A stretch of 64,000 nucleotides of DNA, from contig CM082592.2 of NCBI GenBank assembly GCA_040954595.2, forward strand, positions 4,666,735-4,730,734, written 5' to 3'. Below, one piece after another: positions 35,833 through 48,900 of the stretch (within the stretch, counting starts at the first letter, position 1; each line of letters starts with the position of its first letter). The position numbers and the translations under genes were made by a program. The DNA comes from Balanoglossus misakiensis (taxonomy: Eukaryota; Animalia; Hemichordata). Under the pieces are notes generated by a model. That model saw nothing but the letters and a program-made list of their open reading frames with translations, had not been told where the DNA came from and did no database searches.

Positions 35833-37963
35833 GATATCTACAGAGTAAAAAAAGATATTGTGTCTAATCTGTATTATATTATATCCGCCATTCTGATTGG
35901 ACGAGAGCGATGGTAAAATAGTGTTTTACCACTGCTGGCAGTGGTTTTAAAAATACCAATAGCATCCTATATAAAAAAAAAAACATAAAACACAGACAAA
36001 CAGGCAAAAACCCTTAAAAACAGGGACTGGCATAAAACATTAAAAATCTAAAAATACATCATTGATCTATACGTGACTTGAAAGCCAGTTGAAACAAATG
36101 CATCAGAGGTCGGAATAGCAAATGTTAGCATGGGTGAAATTGGCAACATAATTCTTTATAGCCCGGTTGATCATTGAGACACGCAGTCGCGATTTCATGA
36201 TCTGCGAACACACATGGGGGCAAGATTCATGCCGTAGGTTCAAAGTCAATGTATGTAGCCGGGCCCACCCAGCGGTGACAGGGAGGTTGTGCGAATAGCC
36301 ACAAGTGTTTGCTAACCACTTGTTCGATAAATTGCTGGAATCATTCAAGAATTTTATCGCGTTGGTTGTATTTCTGTTTTGGTCAAAGCATAGACCTTTC
36401 TCTAGGGTCTATGGTCAGAGACACGACTTGCGAAAGCATAAAAAACATTATATAAATTGACAGATAATTTAAAAGTTGCAGAATTACATCGAAATTTATT
36501 TTTTTAATCCTGTGCAGCGTTGTTTGCCGGGATTGATATTCTTGAAACTGACCACGGGATATTTGGGTTAATTTTGATAAAAATAAAATGTAACTGTGTT
36601 AGCTTTTTCGTTTGTATAGAGAACGAGAGACTTTTTATATTTACTAGAACACCAGAATAAAAGTGCAAACAATACCAACACGCCGAGCCTAGCCTACATG
36701 TTTTGACGAATTACCGTCTCGCCTTTCGTCGTGTTAGTAAAGATGGCGGGTCACTTTATATGATGTTATATTTTTTTAAGTACAATTCAAGTTCGAAAAT
36801 GTATGTACAGAACGTGTATGTACTCACCCATTTATCTCCAGATCTCAGTTTGATAACAGCAGTTGCAACCGCTACCCAACTGTTTCCCGTTAGTCTGGGC
36901 TTGTCAGTCGACACGTTTGCATTGTGATGGACTTTAGGTCTTGGGTACCAGCAAATGTGCAAACGTGCATTTGCAAACGGTGCGCTATGCAGTGTGTACA
37001 CACAGAAACGCCTATTTTTATTTGCACAGGTTTCCATTCATGAAATTATTAAAGCTATATATGATAAGAACTATAATATATATTGTATATGACTGATCAC
37101 AGTTCTTGTATGGACTGAGCAAAAACTAGTATTAGCCCTCACGTCAGAGTTTGCACGGCACCTATAGGAAAACTCGACCAGCGAGAGAATCCGGCCAGTC
37201 GTGGAATAAAGGTTCCTTGTGTGACTGTAACGCAATTGTAATGAATCATAAACTGGCCGGAAATTTAGGTTCTGAGCATACTCTTTGGTAAGGTACATCG
37301 AACAACCTGTCGTGGTTTCATAGCGACAAAATCGGCTTTAGTTTTTATACTTTATTAATGTAGGCCTATGTTGAACCGGTACTAAGTGTTGTCGCCCCCC
37401 CCCCCAACAATTATTGATATTATATATTTGGGGTTTCTATGTGTTTTGTTACTTGTATGTGTTGAAAAGATGTTTTTTTGTTTTATTTTGTTTCTTTCAC
37501 TCTGAAATCTTCAACTAGTACTCTACCATTTATTTTAGACAAACAAGTTGACCGATAGCTGGCGTTGTTCATATATTCGATGTATGAGGTCACGTGCACA
37601 AGGGTCGAGTCAGGCAACCCGATGCCATCGGCTTCATGATGGCGAGCAGAGGAGTTCAAGTTTGCCATGATGTGGTTCCCAAAATATGCCAGATTACAAT
37701 CTGTCCCTCAGGTACTGTAGATGGTAATGACGGAACTGTCTCACACGTTCCCTTCCGAATTTCCGAGGGAGGAAAATCTTGAAGGGCGTGTGTACCGCTG
37801 TCGCCCATCAGATTGACGTACTAAAACAGAAGTGTTCACTGTGGCCTTAGACGACCCTGATTTGAATGGTCACGGAATTTTGAAGGTATGAATGGAATAT
37901 ACTATTGAAAACTAATTTCATACATGCGTCTTTTTGGCCTGCCTGAAAGTTCGCAATTGATAA

Positions 37964-40491
37964 CACTGGGCAAAATGATTGATATACGACAATATACGTA
38001 AAACTACTAAGTTTGTACATTTGACATATACGTTTCATATACGTGCATTTACGTAACAAATGCAAGCTGCTAGATATGTGTACAAATACGTGAAGTATAC
38101 ATCATGTACACGTTCTCTGACATATACGTTCCGCAGATCTACGTATTTGTAGTTATTTTCTACCGAATAGTGTGCTTACAGTATACGTCCATGTATATGT
38201 ACGTATATTCATGCTAATTATTAGGATTATTTGGACCACCCATTTTTAAAATCAAACGCTTTCATAAGTGTGATGAAAGATCTGGGTCGCACTTCTGCGG
38301 CCACTTTATGTCGCAAAACGCTGGTTGTTTTACGACGTCCACCTCCGGTACATAGAAACACCAGCACCGCTGGCAGTCACTGAACGCCGTCAACCGGGTG
38401 CATAAGTTAGTTTCAACACCAGACAAAGCAAAAGAAGAGTTGTCACAGAAACTTGATAGTCTGGACACAGAACAGAAGTCTTTGAGGGAAAATCGACATG
38501 CGGCGGTGATAATCTATGCACCAACAAAGGAAGACCGGATCGTATGATTTTTGTAAGTTTAAACATACATCGTGTTTTGGTCTTGTCCATATCCACCCCA
38601 CCCATGTGTCTGCGTTTTGACACTATTTCTACTCGTTGTTAGTCCGAATCCTTTTTATTTCTGCCGTTTGCATTAGTGCATCAAGCATGTCTATGTAGAA
38701 CTAGAAACAGGTTTTGATTGACAAGTTGACATTTCCACCAAGCATTTGTATTGTTATCTCAAATGTCCCTTGTTTTACTTTGCAGCGGCAGGTAAAGCAC
38801 TCAGCTTTATGTAACCATAGAAGAGTCATCTGATACAACCAACGAGTAAGTATATCTCTTTTATTCTTAGACTTTTCATTCAATTTGGTGTAGTATGATT
38901 TATAACATTGAGCATAACCCGTAGAGAAAAAAGACGCGGAACATCGGCCAAGATCAAAGGCCTTGAGGATTAGCTAGAACAAAAGATAAACAAACTGGGT
39001 TGATTTCCATGTGTGCGCTACAGCTTGGTGTTTCATGGTTGACGACAAACAAAAGATGCATATAAGCGCGGGATTGCTTGCCAGAATAGCTGACGTTCAG
39101 ATATTTTAGCAGCTACTGAGCTTGGATACTTGGTAGCTCTAACCATGCTCTTACGCGTGATAGTTAGCAACTATTCAGTCATAACTATTTGACCTCGGTT
39201 GTGATAACAGCACACTGAATCTGTATGCTTTTTGTACCTTGTCAACATGACAGATAACAAAGTATACATTTGGAAGGTGTGAAGACATTTCCCATGGCCC
39301 GATTTGTTGAATGCAAATGAGACATTTTCATCCATAAACTAAAAACAATGCGGGACGTTTATTATAAACTTAAACAGTGCACTGTCATGTTGGCGACAAA
39401 GGTAAAAACAGAACGGACTGACTTGTCGCTGTGTTCCAGGTAAACTGCCAGTGGTTCAGACTTCCCAAAAGTTGTAGCTCATAGGCACTGCAGTCAAAGA
39501 TAAGTGCTTAAGATGACCAAACTAAATACTCTTTTTCTTTTCTTTTTGACAGCTTCTACAGAGTCATGGCAAGATGGTGGATTTTGAAGACAAATCTTAA
39601 TAGGATAACATGGTGCAAGCAGGCGATCTGATGATGTCAGATGAAGCAAATTTTTCATGGTATTTTGGAGTTACTGAATGAAGCTAGACTTTGAGGATTA
39701 TTTTTCAGATTTTAGGTTTGCATTTAAAAACAAAACACTTTGTTCTTTGTCCATGTAATGTCTTTAATCATTTTATATGTTTTAAATAAAATTACCTTTT
39801 AAGTGAATTTTATTATGTGAGCAGTTTTTTGTTGATGCATGATGGGAGGAAGTGTATCAGCTTGAAATATGCTTTTACCGATTTGTTGCTATTGATCTGC
39901 TTTGAAATGCAGTTGCATCTCAAAGCAGATTAATAGTAACAAATTTACAGCAAAGGTGAATAAGAAGGAAAGGTCAAATCCTGACCATGAAGGATGACCC
40001 CAGAATTGTGACCTTTGGGGTAATTTAAATATGACCCCAAAATTATTTTCCAAATATTTGCCAACAATGATGACATAATGTATGGTAATTTCCGGAAGGG
40101 TCTGCGTTAAATATACGTAAAAATACCAGGAACGTGAACTCAACTATGCAAATGTAAATGTCTGTGATGATGATGTAACGTATGCTAATAACACAGTCAT
40201 GCAAATAGCAAGGAAGATATGCACTGAGAATGTGTACAAATACGTTGGAATGTTTATAGTGTGCACTTGATCTGCATTGGTCTGCGTTGTGCACACCCGT
40301 GATCTTCATAGATATACGTGCACGTATACTAACACATTGGTATGTTCCATATACGTGAATATACGTCACATATACGTGGTGCAGATTGTAGATGTACAAC
40401 TGTGCAGACTATTGTATACTTGCGCATATTCCTGATCTACGTGTCCATATACGTGAAAATACTGAATGTATATCAACCTTTTTGCCCAGTG
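37964..40491. mobile_element. CACTG-ended (EnSpm/CMC-like) non-autonomous DNA transposon, 2.5 kb
   Basis: TIRs CACTGGGCAAAATGATTGATATAC / GTATATCAACCTTTTTGCCCAGTG (2 mismatches in 24), TAA on both flanks (37961-37963 and 40492-40494), and dense subterminal ATACGT motifs at both ends. No intact transposase ORF. Confidence 0.8.
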
Positions 40492-42900
40492 TAAAGGCCA
40501 TGGATGCGGCCTACATGTGTACTATCATCCCAGCACTCGCCAGATTTCACCTTGCAAGGCGAAATCTACTTTGTCTTGCCTGGGTGAAAGTTCGACGAAT
40601 TTCAACCATTTTGAACAATAAGTTATAGTCAAAATCCATAGATCAAGGTGATCTCTGTTTGTTCAGTGAATGTTATAACGCAAACACAGCAGAACTTCGA
40701 CAATTTTAAGTTTTCACTGAATCACGGTTGTCGTTCATAAATTGGGATGTTAACAGCGCCCTCAACAGTTCCAGTCAGACTGCAGTCTTTGCAGAATAGC
40801 AGGCATTTTTTTAACAGGCAGAGTTTTAACAAAAACCACGGGATTGGGTCAGCCTTGAACTTTTATAGAAAGCAAAGCAGGGCAATGGATAGTTTTTCTT
40901 CTTGATGAATCATCCAGGGCTAATTTCAAAGCAATATGATAAATGAACACGAAACCAGAAGATCTCCCTCTGTCACCCCTGATCTCTAATCAATAGCCTC
41001 ATCTTCATTTCTCAGACAATGCAGCCAGATCACTCAGTCATGCATGTTGATAGTGGTGATCTGTTTTGCACTCACCCGAAACAGCATCATATTAAAATAA
41101 TTATTAAATCAAACAGGGACTGCGCTGTACAGCACCTGTATTTGTATTCCTTTTTGTAAAAAAATAATCTCAATACTATAAGAGTGTTATATGAATTTTG
41201 TCTTTTGTAAACAAAAGGTCTTTGAACTCACATACCCCCATAGCCCCTTATCCAGCTCCATGGTACAATATACCACCATGGCTTGTTAATGTATAGACTG
41301 ATTCATAGTCATAGGTGTGAAAATTCTTATTTTATTGTAACCTTCAAATCACTGTAGGGGCAACTTTTTACCAAGTCACATACAAATAGCCTTATTTATT
41401 TGATTGCCATGTTTTTTTGTTACATGAACCCAATAGTTTCAGGTATTTTTTTTCAGTCATCATGAAGTGTGCATGTGACTGGAGTATTTGTCACTGAAAA
41501 CAGAAAAATAATTTATTATTCTGTGTGTCTATCTTCAATTCAGCATTGTCCTCATTTTTACAACTTTAGCCGTGTGCCATTTTGAGAGCTCAAATTTATG
41601 GACACATTTTTCTTTGTAATTTAACAGCAAGTCATTCTTTAGTTGTAATAAAACTGGATCTTGCTCATTACAGTTGAAATTATAATTAGTGAAATAATGT
41701 GAAATGACAGAGCTACCAAATAGGCCAGTGCTCAAGTGCCCTCATAAATTAAAGAAAGTGAATTTTAAGTATGATTGCTTAGTCATATGCGCACACATTT
41801 TGTACATGTACGTTAATTTTTTCTGTCCAAATAAAAATAGCTTGACTGCATCGACTGAAATAGCTTGGTGTCATACACATAGAAAACGGCCACCTGTTTG
41901 CACACGATAAAATAGCACTGTATGTCTAGTGAATGTGTAAAATTTGTTTCTGCACATGTGCTACTGCAGTGTGTAATTTTTGAAGTTCCAATTATTGGGT
42001 CAATGCCGCAGCGGTGTTGTTTGTGAGGGACGGTTATGTGGGCTTATTGATTTCACGTGCTGACTGAACCACTGGGCCTTATGCAATATGCATGAGCAGA
42101 ATTTCCCAATTCAATACTCGGTGTTCTAATTCAGAGGCCCATTGTTCAATATGGCTGTTGTGCTCACTCACTTTCACACACTCTCTTTTTCTCACTTTTT
42201 CTTCTACCACAGCTCTCTCTAGTTTATCAGAATAAATGACACTGTGTGAAATATTCTTAAATGCAAGAACAAACAGAGCGATGGGAATTTGGTGCAGCCA
42301 CTGCAGGATGAAATTAAGTAGCAGCAGTCCCCATGGCAAACATTGAGAATAATTCATATGGAATATTCCATTCTGGAAGAGGTGAGGTAGGTGCAATAAG
42401 TGTGAGCATGTTATGCTTGTTGACCTAGTACATAATATAACAACCAGTTTGTTGATATTTCTATAAATATATTCTCATTTTTTTGCAGCTGGTGTAAATT
42501 TTATCAGGTAATTCAGAAACAAGTTCGCGTTTTAAAAAAATGTTATGTGCACTATTTTTTTGAACACAGCTGCCCCTCTGGTGGGCAATCCCGGATAGGT
42601 GAAACCTGAGGGTAGGCTGGAATATATAAATAACAAAAAAAGTAGACAGCAAATTGACATTTGCATAAGTAGACGTGAAGGTGGCAAGAGGCAGGATTAT
42701 ATGTGCTCAGTGCAGAACTAAAATCAATTTTTATTTGCATTGTGGATAGGCAAGTGTGTCCTAGCTGTGTTGTGTGGTGGTTCCGTGCTGTACAAGGGGA
42801 GCGCTAACGTCGGAATTAACAGCCGCATCCCTGACCAGGTTTTTTTTTTCACTCACTGATGGGTTTAGCATCCTGGAGATGATTATAGAGAGGAGGTAGT

Positions 42901-45900
42901 ATGGCAGACCGTGAATTGGGCTGGGTTTGGCTTGTCTGTTTTTTGCTGTACGTCTCATCACCCGGCTACTCCCAATCTCCTATCAACACAACAGTGTAAG
43001 TACTCGGTTAGTTATACTCTCAAAATTTGTCAGATATTTTTACCGTTTTTTTTTTCTAATCTCCATCCAAAGGTTTTTTCATCAGGTGTCTGTGTTTATT
43101 GATATGTAAAAAAAAAAAAATTCTTTTTCAGGGTCGAGTTATGGGCGCAGAAGTTAGGTGAAAAACTCAACAACATCAGTGTTACGTACAGTGGCATCAC
43201 CGTGTTAAAACAGGTGAGTCAGTGAGTCCTGTATCTGAAGAGCCCTTCTTGTTAATGATGCCATTTTGAATTTTTAATTAACCCAGCCTCTGTGATGCAG
43301 AGCAGAGGGAAAGTCAGACAAATATAGATGCGTTCTATCAGACATGAGGGCTGGGCTCTATCGGGTTATACTGGTCAGGCAGAACGAGATGACGTTTGCC
43401 TCTTTCATTAGAATATCTGACAAAGAGTGATACTTCATAAATACCGGGTTTTATCTCACAACTTGTCACTATAAATTCACAGAACCTTTAATTGAAGGAA
43501 AGCATTCACAGTATATATCTCTCATTGTGTATATACAGCAGTATATAAACACATTTTATTTTATTTCTGAAAGTCAGATAGATTTCCATGGTTGCTTCTG
43601 CTGTATTGTAGATTCATTCAGGGTTCATTTGTAGTTAATTATTACTCTTGCGTGATTTTGAGTAGCTCAGGATAATGTTTGAACAGGCTAATTAGGAATA
43701 GTGAATGCAAATAGGTACATGTACACTGTGAATGCGATATATGGTTGCATGCAGGATTTAAATGGGATGGCATAGTGAAATGATGTATTTTTAATAGAAT
43801 TGTGCACATTTTCTAATCCGTGGTAGTTGATATTGGTGAGAGTTTTGAACTGCATCACAGTTGTGATACTGTTTGGTATGATTCGATTTACACCAAGCAT
43901 TACTCATTTGCTGTGGTGTAAACGACAAACAAAGTGTGACTACATAGAAGCTGTTGTCAAATTGATTTACGAACGTCATATTTGTTTTAATCTGCTGATG
44001 TACAATAGACAAATTTGAGGTGCATTCAAGTCTCAAACAATGAGCAATGGCGTGGGATGTGGGGATTGTCAGATAAAGCTGGATCTGTGTTTTTGTCATC
44101 AAATATGGAGAATGCAAATTGATCAGATATGTCTCGTTCAAAGTGGGACTGAAACGCCATGTCTAAATGCCATATGTTGAACACTAGTTAGTATTGTGGT
44201 GCCATATTTTTGTGTGTGATTATAAATAGCTAGTGTACCTAGTATTTAGCAATTTATGAACCAAATGCAAAATTAATAAAACAACATTCAGAATGGAAAG
44301 CAACAGTTATTGCCAAGCCGTATAAAGCAACCGAAATATGATTTTTCATTTTAGGCGAAGGTGCTATAAATCAAATATTGATTCTGGGTAAATCTATAAA
44401 TTTGCTCTTCAAAAAATACAACAAAAGCAATGTAATGTTTTTTATCTTTTTTTTTCTATTTCTAGTACGGTATATCTGGATTATTAATTTTGGGTAAAAC
44501 TCTTCTGAAAATAGGTCGGAAAGCGGGGATTTCCACAGCTGTTGCTGTGAGTGAGATTAGCAGATTGTGATTTTAGTGAACTGCGCTTGTTTTGATGATA
44601 AAACCATGAATGTAGGCAGATCTTGCCTGTATTATCAGTCCTGATAAGGGAAAAGTGACATTTTAAAAACTGCAGTGCTTTTATGGCTGTGTAAAGTCAA
44701 GTTCAATGGATGAAATTGGGCTGGTGATAATTTCCTTTTGAGGAATTACTGTTCAAAACTGTCGAGATTGTTCAACTTCAACTTGGGCAAGCTGAAATAA
44801 CAGTGTGTGCATGTACACCAAGTTAGTGTTTTTCGTGTAATACACAAACTGATTTGGCTATATCTTTCTACTGTTTACCCCATCCAACGTAGCTTTACAT
44901 CTCTTTTGTTATGAATTTTCTGATAATTTGATTTCCAAAATTGAAAACAGCCTGGCCATTGAGACAGCCTTGTAATCTGATTATCCAATTTGCCAAATTT
45001 TTTCTACCGATTAACTTGAATTTTGTTCCTCAAATGCCCCATAATTCAGTGCTACTTTCAGTTTTAATTTGATTTTGAAGCATTCTTCTTTCCATAAATT
45101 TGATATTTTGCGGAGATCGTTCTGTGGCTGAATGATGGGCACATTGTGGTGGGTACAATATAATTATAATTTCTAAATTATGGATAATTTGATACTGCAA
45201 TAGATGAAATATTGTCAAGATTTGTCAAAAACAGACTAATATTTATATATTTTACAAGCTTTAAATCTGATGCTGACTTTGGCTCGAGTCCAGACTTGGT
45301 TTGTTGACCTACAGAGTGATCAAACCCTTACTGACAGACAGATAGACAGACAGACAGACAAACAAACACAAAAACAGCCAGACTGAACAAATGTATGGTG
45401 AACAATTGTGTGGCCTCTAGTTGATATACGTATTAATATTCATTTTGCTATGGAATGAAATAATCTTCATCTCTATATTATCTTCAGACATTTTTTTTCC
45501 AAAATCATTAATTGACATTAGCATATTTGATGTTCTATAAATAAAAAATCAGATTGATTTTTAGATTTCAACCCCCTTTTGATGTATAAGACTCACAATC
45601 TTCTACCATTTATTTATTTATTTATTTATTTGTTTGTTTGTGTGTATATTTATTTACTAGTATTTGTGGTTGACATGACAATAAGTATATGGACTTTGCT
45701 AACGTTTATATCGCGTTCCCCTGAATTGCATTATACCTCAAGAAAACAGTAATCGCATTCGTGATCAGTGATAGGGCCTATAGCTGGGTGATCTGTGGAG
45801 GTCAGGACCGTGATATGTAACACACGTATGCGTACAGTCAAAGCTCAACACCATCAATTCATTTCTACCATGAAACCAGACTTGTAGCTCGTGGGCTTCT

Positions 45901-48900
45901 ACTGTACTTATAGCTCCCCGCGTTTGCTTTTGTTCGGCCATGTTGAAGCCACAACGTTGCTCTGATCATGATATGCAGGTTGCAGCTCTCTGTTTTCTGT
46001 TCCAAAAAGCATCAGAGGTATCCCCCATCATATTATGCTAATTTCGTAATTGGCATGCATGTACCAGCGGAGTAATTTGCAGTGTAATAGGGGTGGATTA
46101 TAATGCACTGCCCATCCTGTGTATGTTGTGAAGGTGACGTCTTTCATGGTGTCACGTAAAATTTAACCTTTCAAGACAATGAATTTTTTTTCTAATCACC
46201 TAAATACATAATTTTGAAAATAATAGAAATCATATAACCATGCACCAATCTGTGGCCCTTGTGCGTGTTCTTGTAATTTTGATATCCTCACTGTCATAAC
46301 ACTCGATCGCCAAGAAACCTTAATACGTAGTGTGTCAGCATCTTTATGCGGGGTGTAATCTCGGAATTAATCATCCCCATTCTCTAAATTAACTTACAAG
46401 TAGAAGTCGGAATGGCGCTGTTGCCATGGTGACCTCGTGAGCTGACTGAGATTGGAAAGATTACGGAAGTAATTGTTGCGGGTGATGTCGAATGGATAAT
46501 GATTGATTCTGTCGAGTTTCTGCGACTTTTACGACTGATAATCCGTCAAACTGAAGTCGTGGGTTGAAAGTTAATCAGAAATCTCAAAATGAAATTCAAT
46601 TCACTGTACTTTTTAATAAAAATTGTATTGTATATGAAGATATTATGTTACTAATCTAAATGGTATTATATGCGACTGCATTGCCTCTTGTGTGAGCTGT
46701 CCTTGATTTCCTCATCAACGTTATTGTCAGTGTTAGGCATATTTCCTTGGCAACGGGAAATTCATAATTTACTCGCAACTCCGAGGTACACATGCTGTTG
46801 ATGGAACTTAACGTTTACATTGTATGAATTAACAAAGACTTGCAGCTCGCAAAGATCCGCATCTGTACTTTATTGATCTGTTTAAAATTCACTTGAATAG
46901 AACGAGAAATAAAAGTTTTATTCTAAGCAGTTTGTGAAGAAAGAGCACATTGCTAATGCTGGATGATAATTTTGCGTTTCGTTTTCAGTTTTGTGATGAT
47001 TTAATTCAGAATGGCTATTTATGAATATATTTATACATACATGTAATGCAAATGACTCTTAATAACTGTTTCCTTAGCAACAGGAAATCTGTATTTTAAC
47101 CATGAATTGAAATAAGTGTTTATAGAAGCTATATTCTTGCATTTTGTAAATTAACAATGACTGCACTCATTCACGTTCATGCTTACTTTGATTAGCTCAA
47201 TACATATGTACTTTTTCTTCAGTCTGAAAAATGACAAAGAATTATGGATTGCTGCATTAAGGTAGTAATGCACCTTGGAAATAAAAGCCTTAATAACTTT
47301 TCATATTTTGCTTGAAAGGCAACTTTAAATTAGTCTCTCTTAAAAATGAAGTGTAAAATTGGAGTCACAGTGCAAAATTTTGAATGAGAGATAAAATTTG
47401 CCTCAACTTTGAAATTCAAAATTGCCGCCAATTATCTCTGTATTCAGAAGCTACGGGGAAAAAAATTAAAGAGGTGATTTTTATGAAAACAAGATGTTGA
47501 ACACCCTATTTTCTTCACACACTTTGATACTGCAGAGAATAGACAGGTTTGGCAGGAATAGAATTTTTCTGAAAATCTATCCCCACGGTGTGACGTACCG
47601 CAACCTTGAATGTTGTGGATTTGACTGAGTATCGTTAAGAGTCCAATAACTGTAACTTTGGACTTTTTTTTTTTCAATCTAGAATTTTTGTTCTGTGTAC
47701 TATCATGTGCAGTTTCTTTTTGACTTTTTTTGGCACATTGAAATGGCCATTGTGAGGCTCATCAATACAACCCTTATGTGTGTGCAGTCAGCAATTGTTG
47801 TTGAAAAGGTGTGAACTTGAATTGGTTTTGTCTTCTATACAATGATTGTCACATGCACATGTATAGAGGCTGTACCAGCGTACACAGAAGACATCATGAA
47901 CCAGTGGTTGACAAAAAAATATGGAATAAATAGGGAAATGCCTCAGCTAACTAATGTCCATCGTAGTAATTGTCAAGGTTACGTACACTGGCAGTGATGC
48001 AAAGGTTAACATCTATGATCAGGGAGAAATTTCACAAATAAAATAATTGCATCATTTTACACAGTGTTGCCTGGTTTTAATACCGTACTGTAACCCATGT
48101 ACACTTTGCAGCTGTTGGGTCCAGAGTTTCTTAATTCTTCTTCAAGAAATGCATTCGACTCCTGTTTGTCACTGCAGAAGAGCAAAGGTCAGCGACTGGG
48201 CTTACATTGTACAATGGCTTCTTCTTGATGAGCGGTGATGCATCGTCTGAATTGTCTAGTCTCCGCCTTCTGAAGCTTGTCTTTTCTTGGGTCAGACTCA
48301 CTTGAAAAGAAAAGACAGACTGCATATGTGACTACATCCTCTGCAGGCGCCACGGTTATCGCATCCTGAATGCTTAACTTTGTCTCATTAAATGACACAT
48401 ACTACATGTATAATCTGACATTTCCCAAAATCTGTATGATAATAATAATCATGAAGATGATGATGGTGGTGGTGGTGGTGGTGGTGATGGTGACGACAAT
48501 GATGATGATGATGATGATGATAGTAGCAATAATGTCAAATTTGCAGCTTGAACCTGTATTGGTTTTAACCATTATTATTTTCTGTTAAAATGAATGTATA
48601 TTGAATCTGACAGATAGCAGCTTATATGCTGTTTTAGTTTGCAAGTCACCAAACTGTGAGAACATGATGTGTGACAGTATTATCTCAGACTTGTTTGTTT
48701 AGTTTCATGGTGTAAAAAGCAGAGGTCAAGTCACAACCAAATAACAGGCTCATTGGTACAGGTTACAGTTCTACACTTAATCATCAGACTATTCATGTAA
48801 CAATTGTGTCGCGAATTTCATGATTTGCAATGTACTTCTTTCTTTCACAGACATACGATGACGCACTTGCAGACGGCAAATTTCAAGTCCTGCAAAAAAA

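Noticed and set aside
48370-48588. Hydrophobic poly-Met/Val ORF resembling a membrane peptide
   Set aside because: Translation of a (GAT/GGT)n microsatellite.
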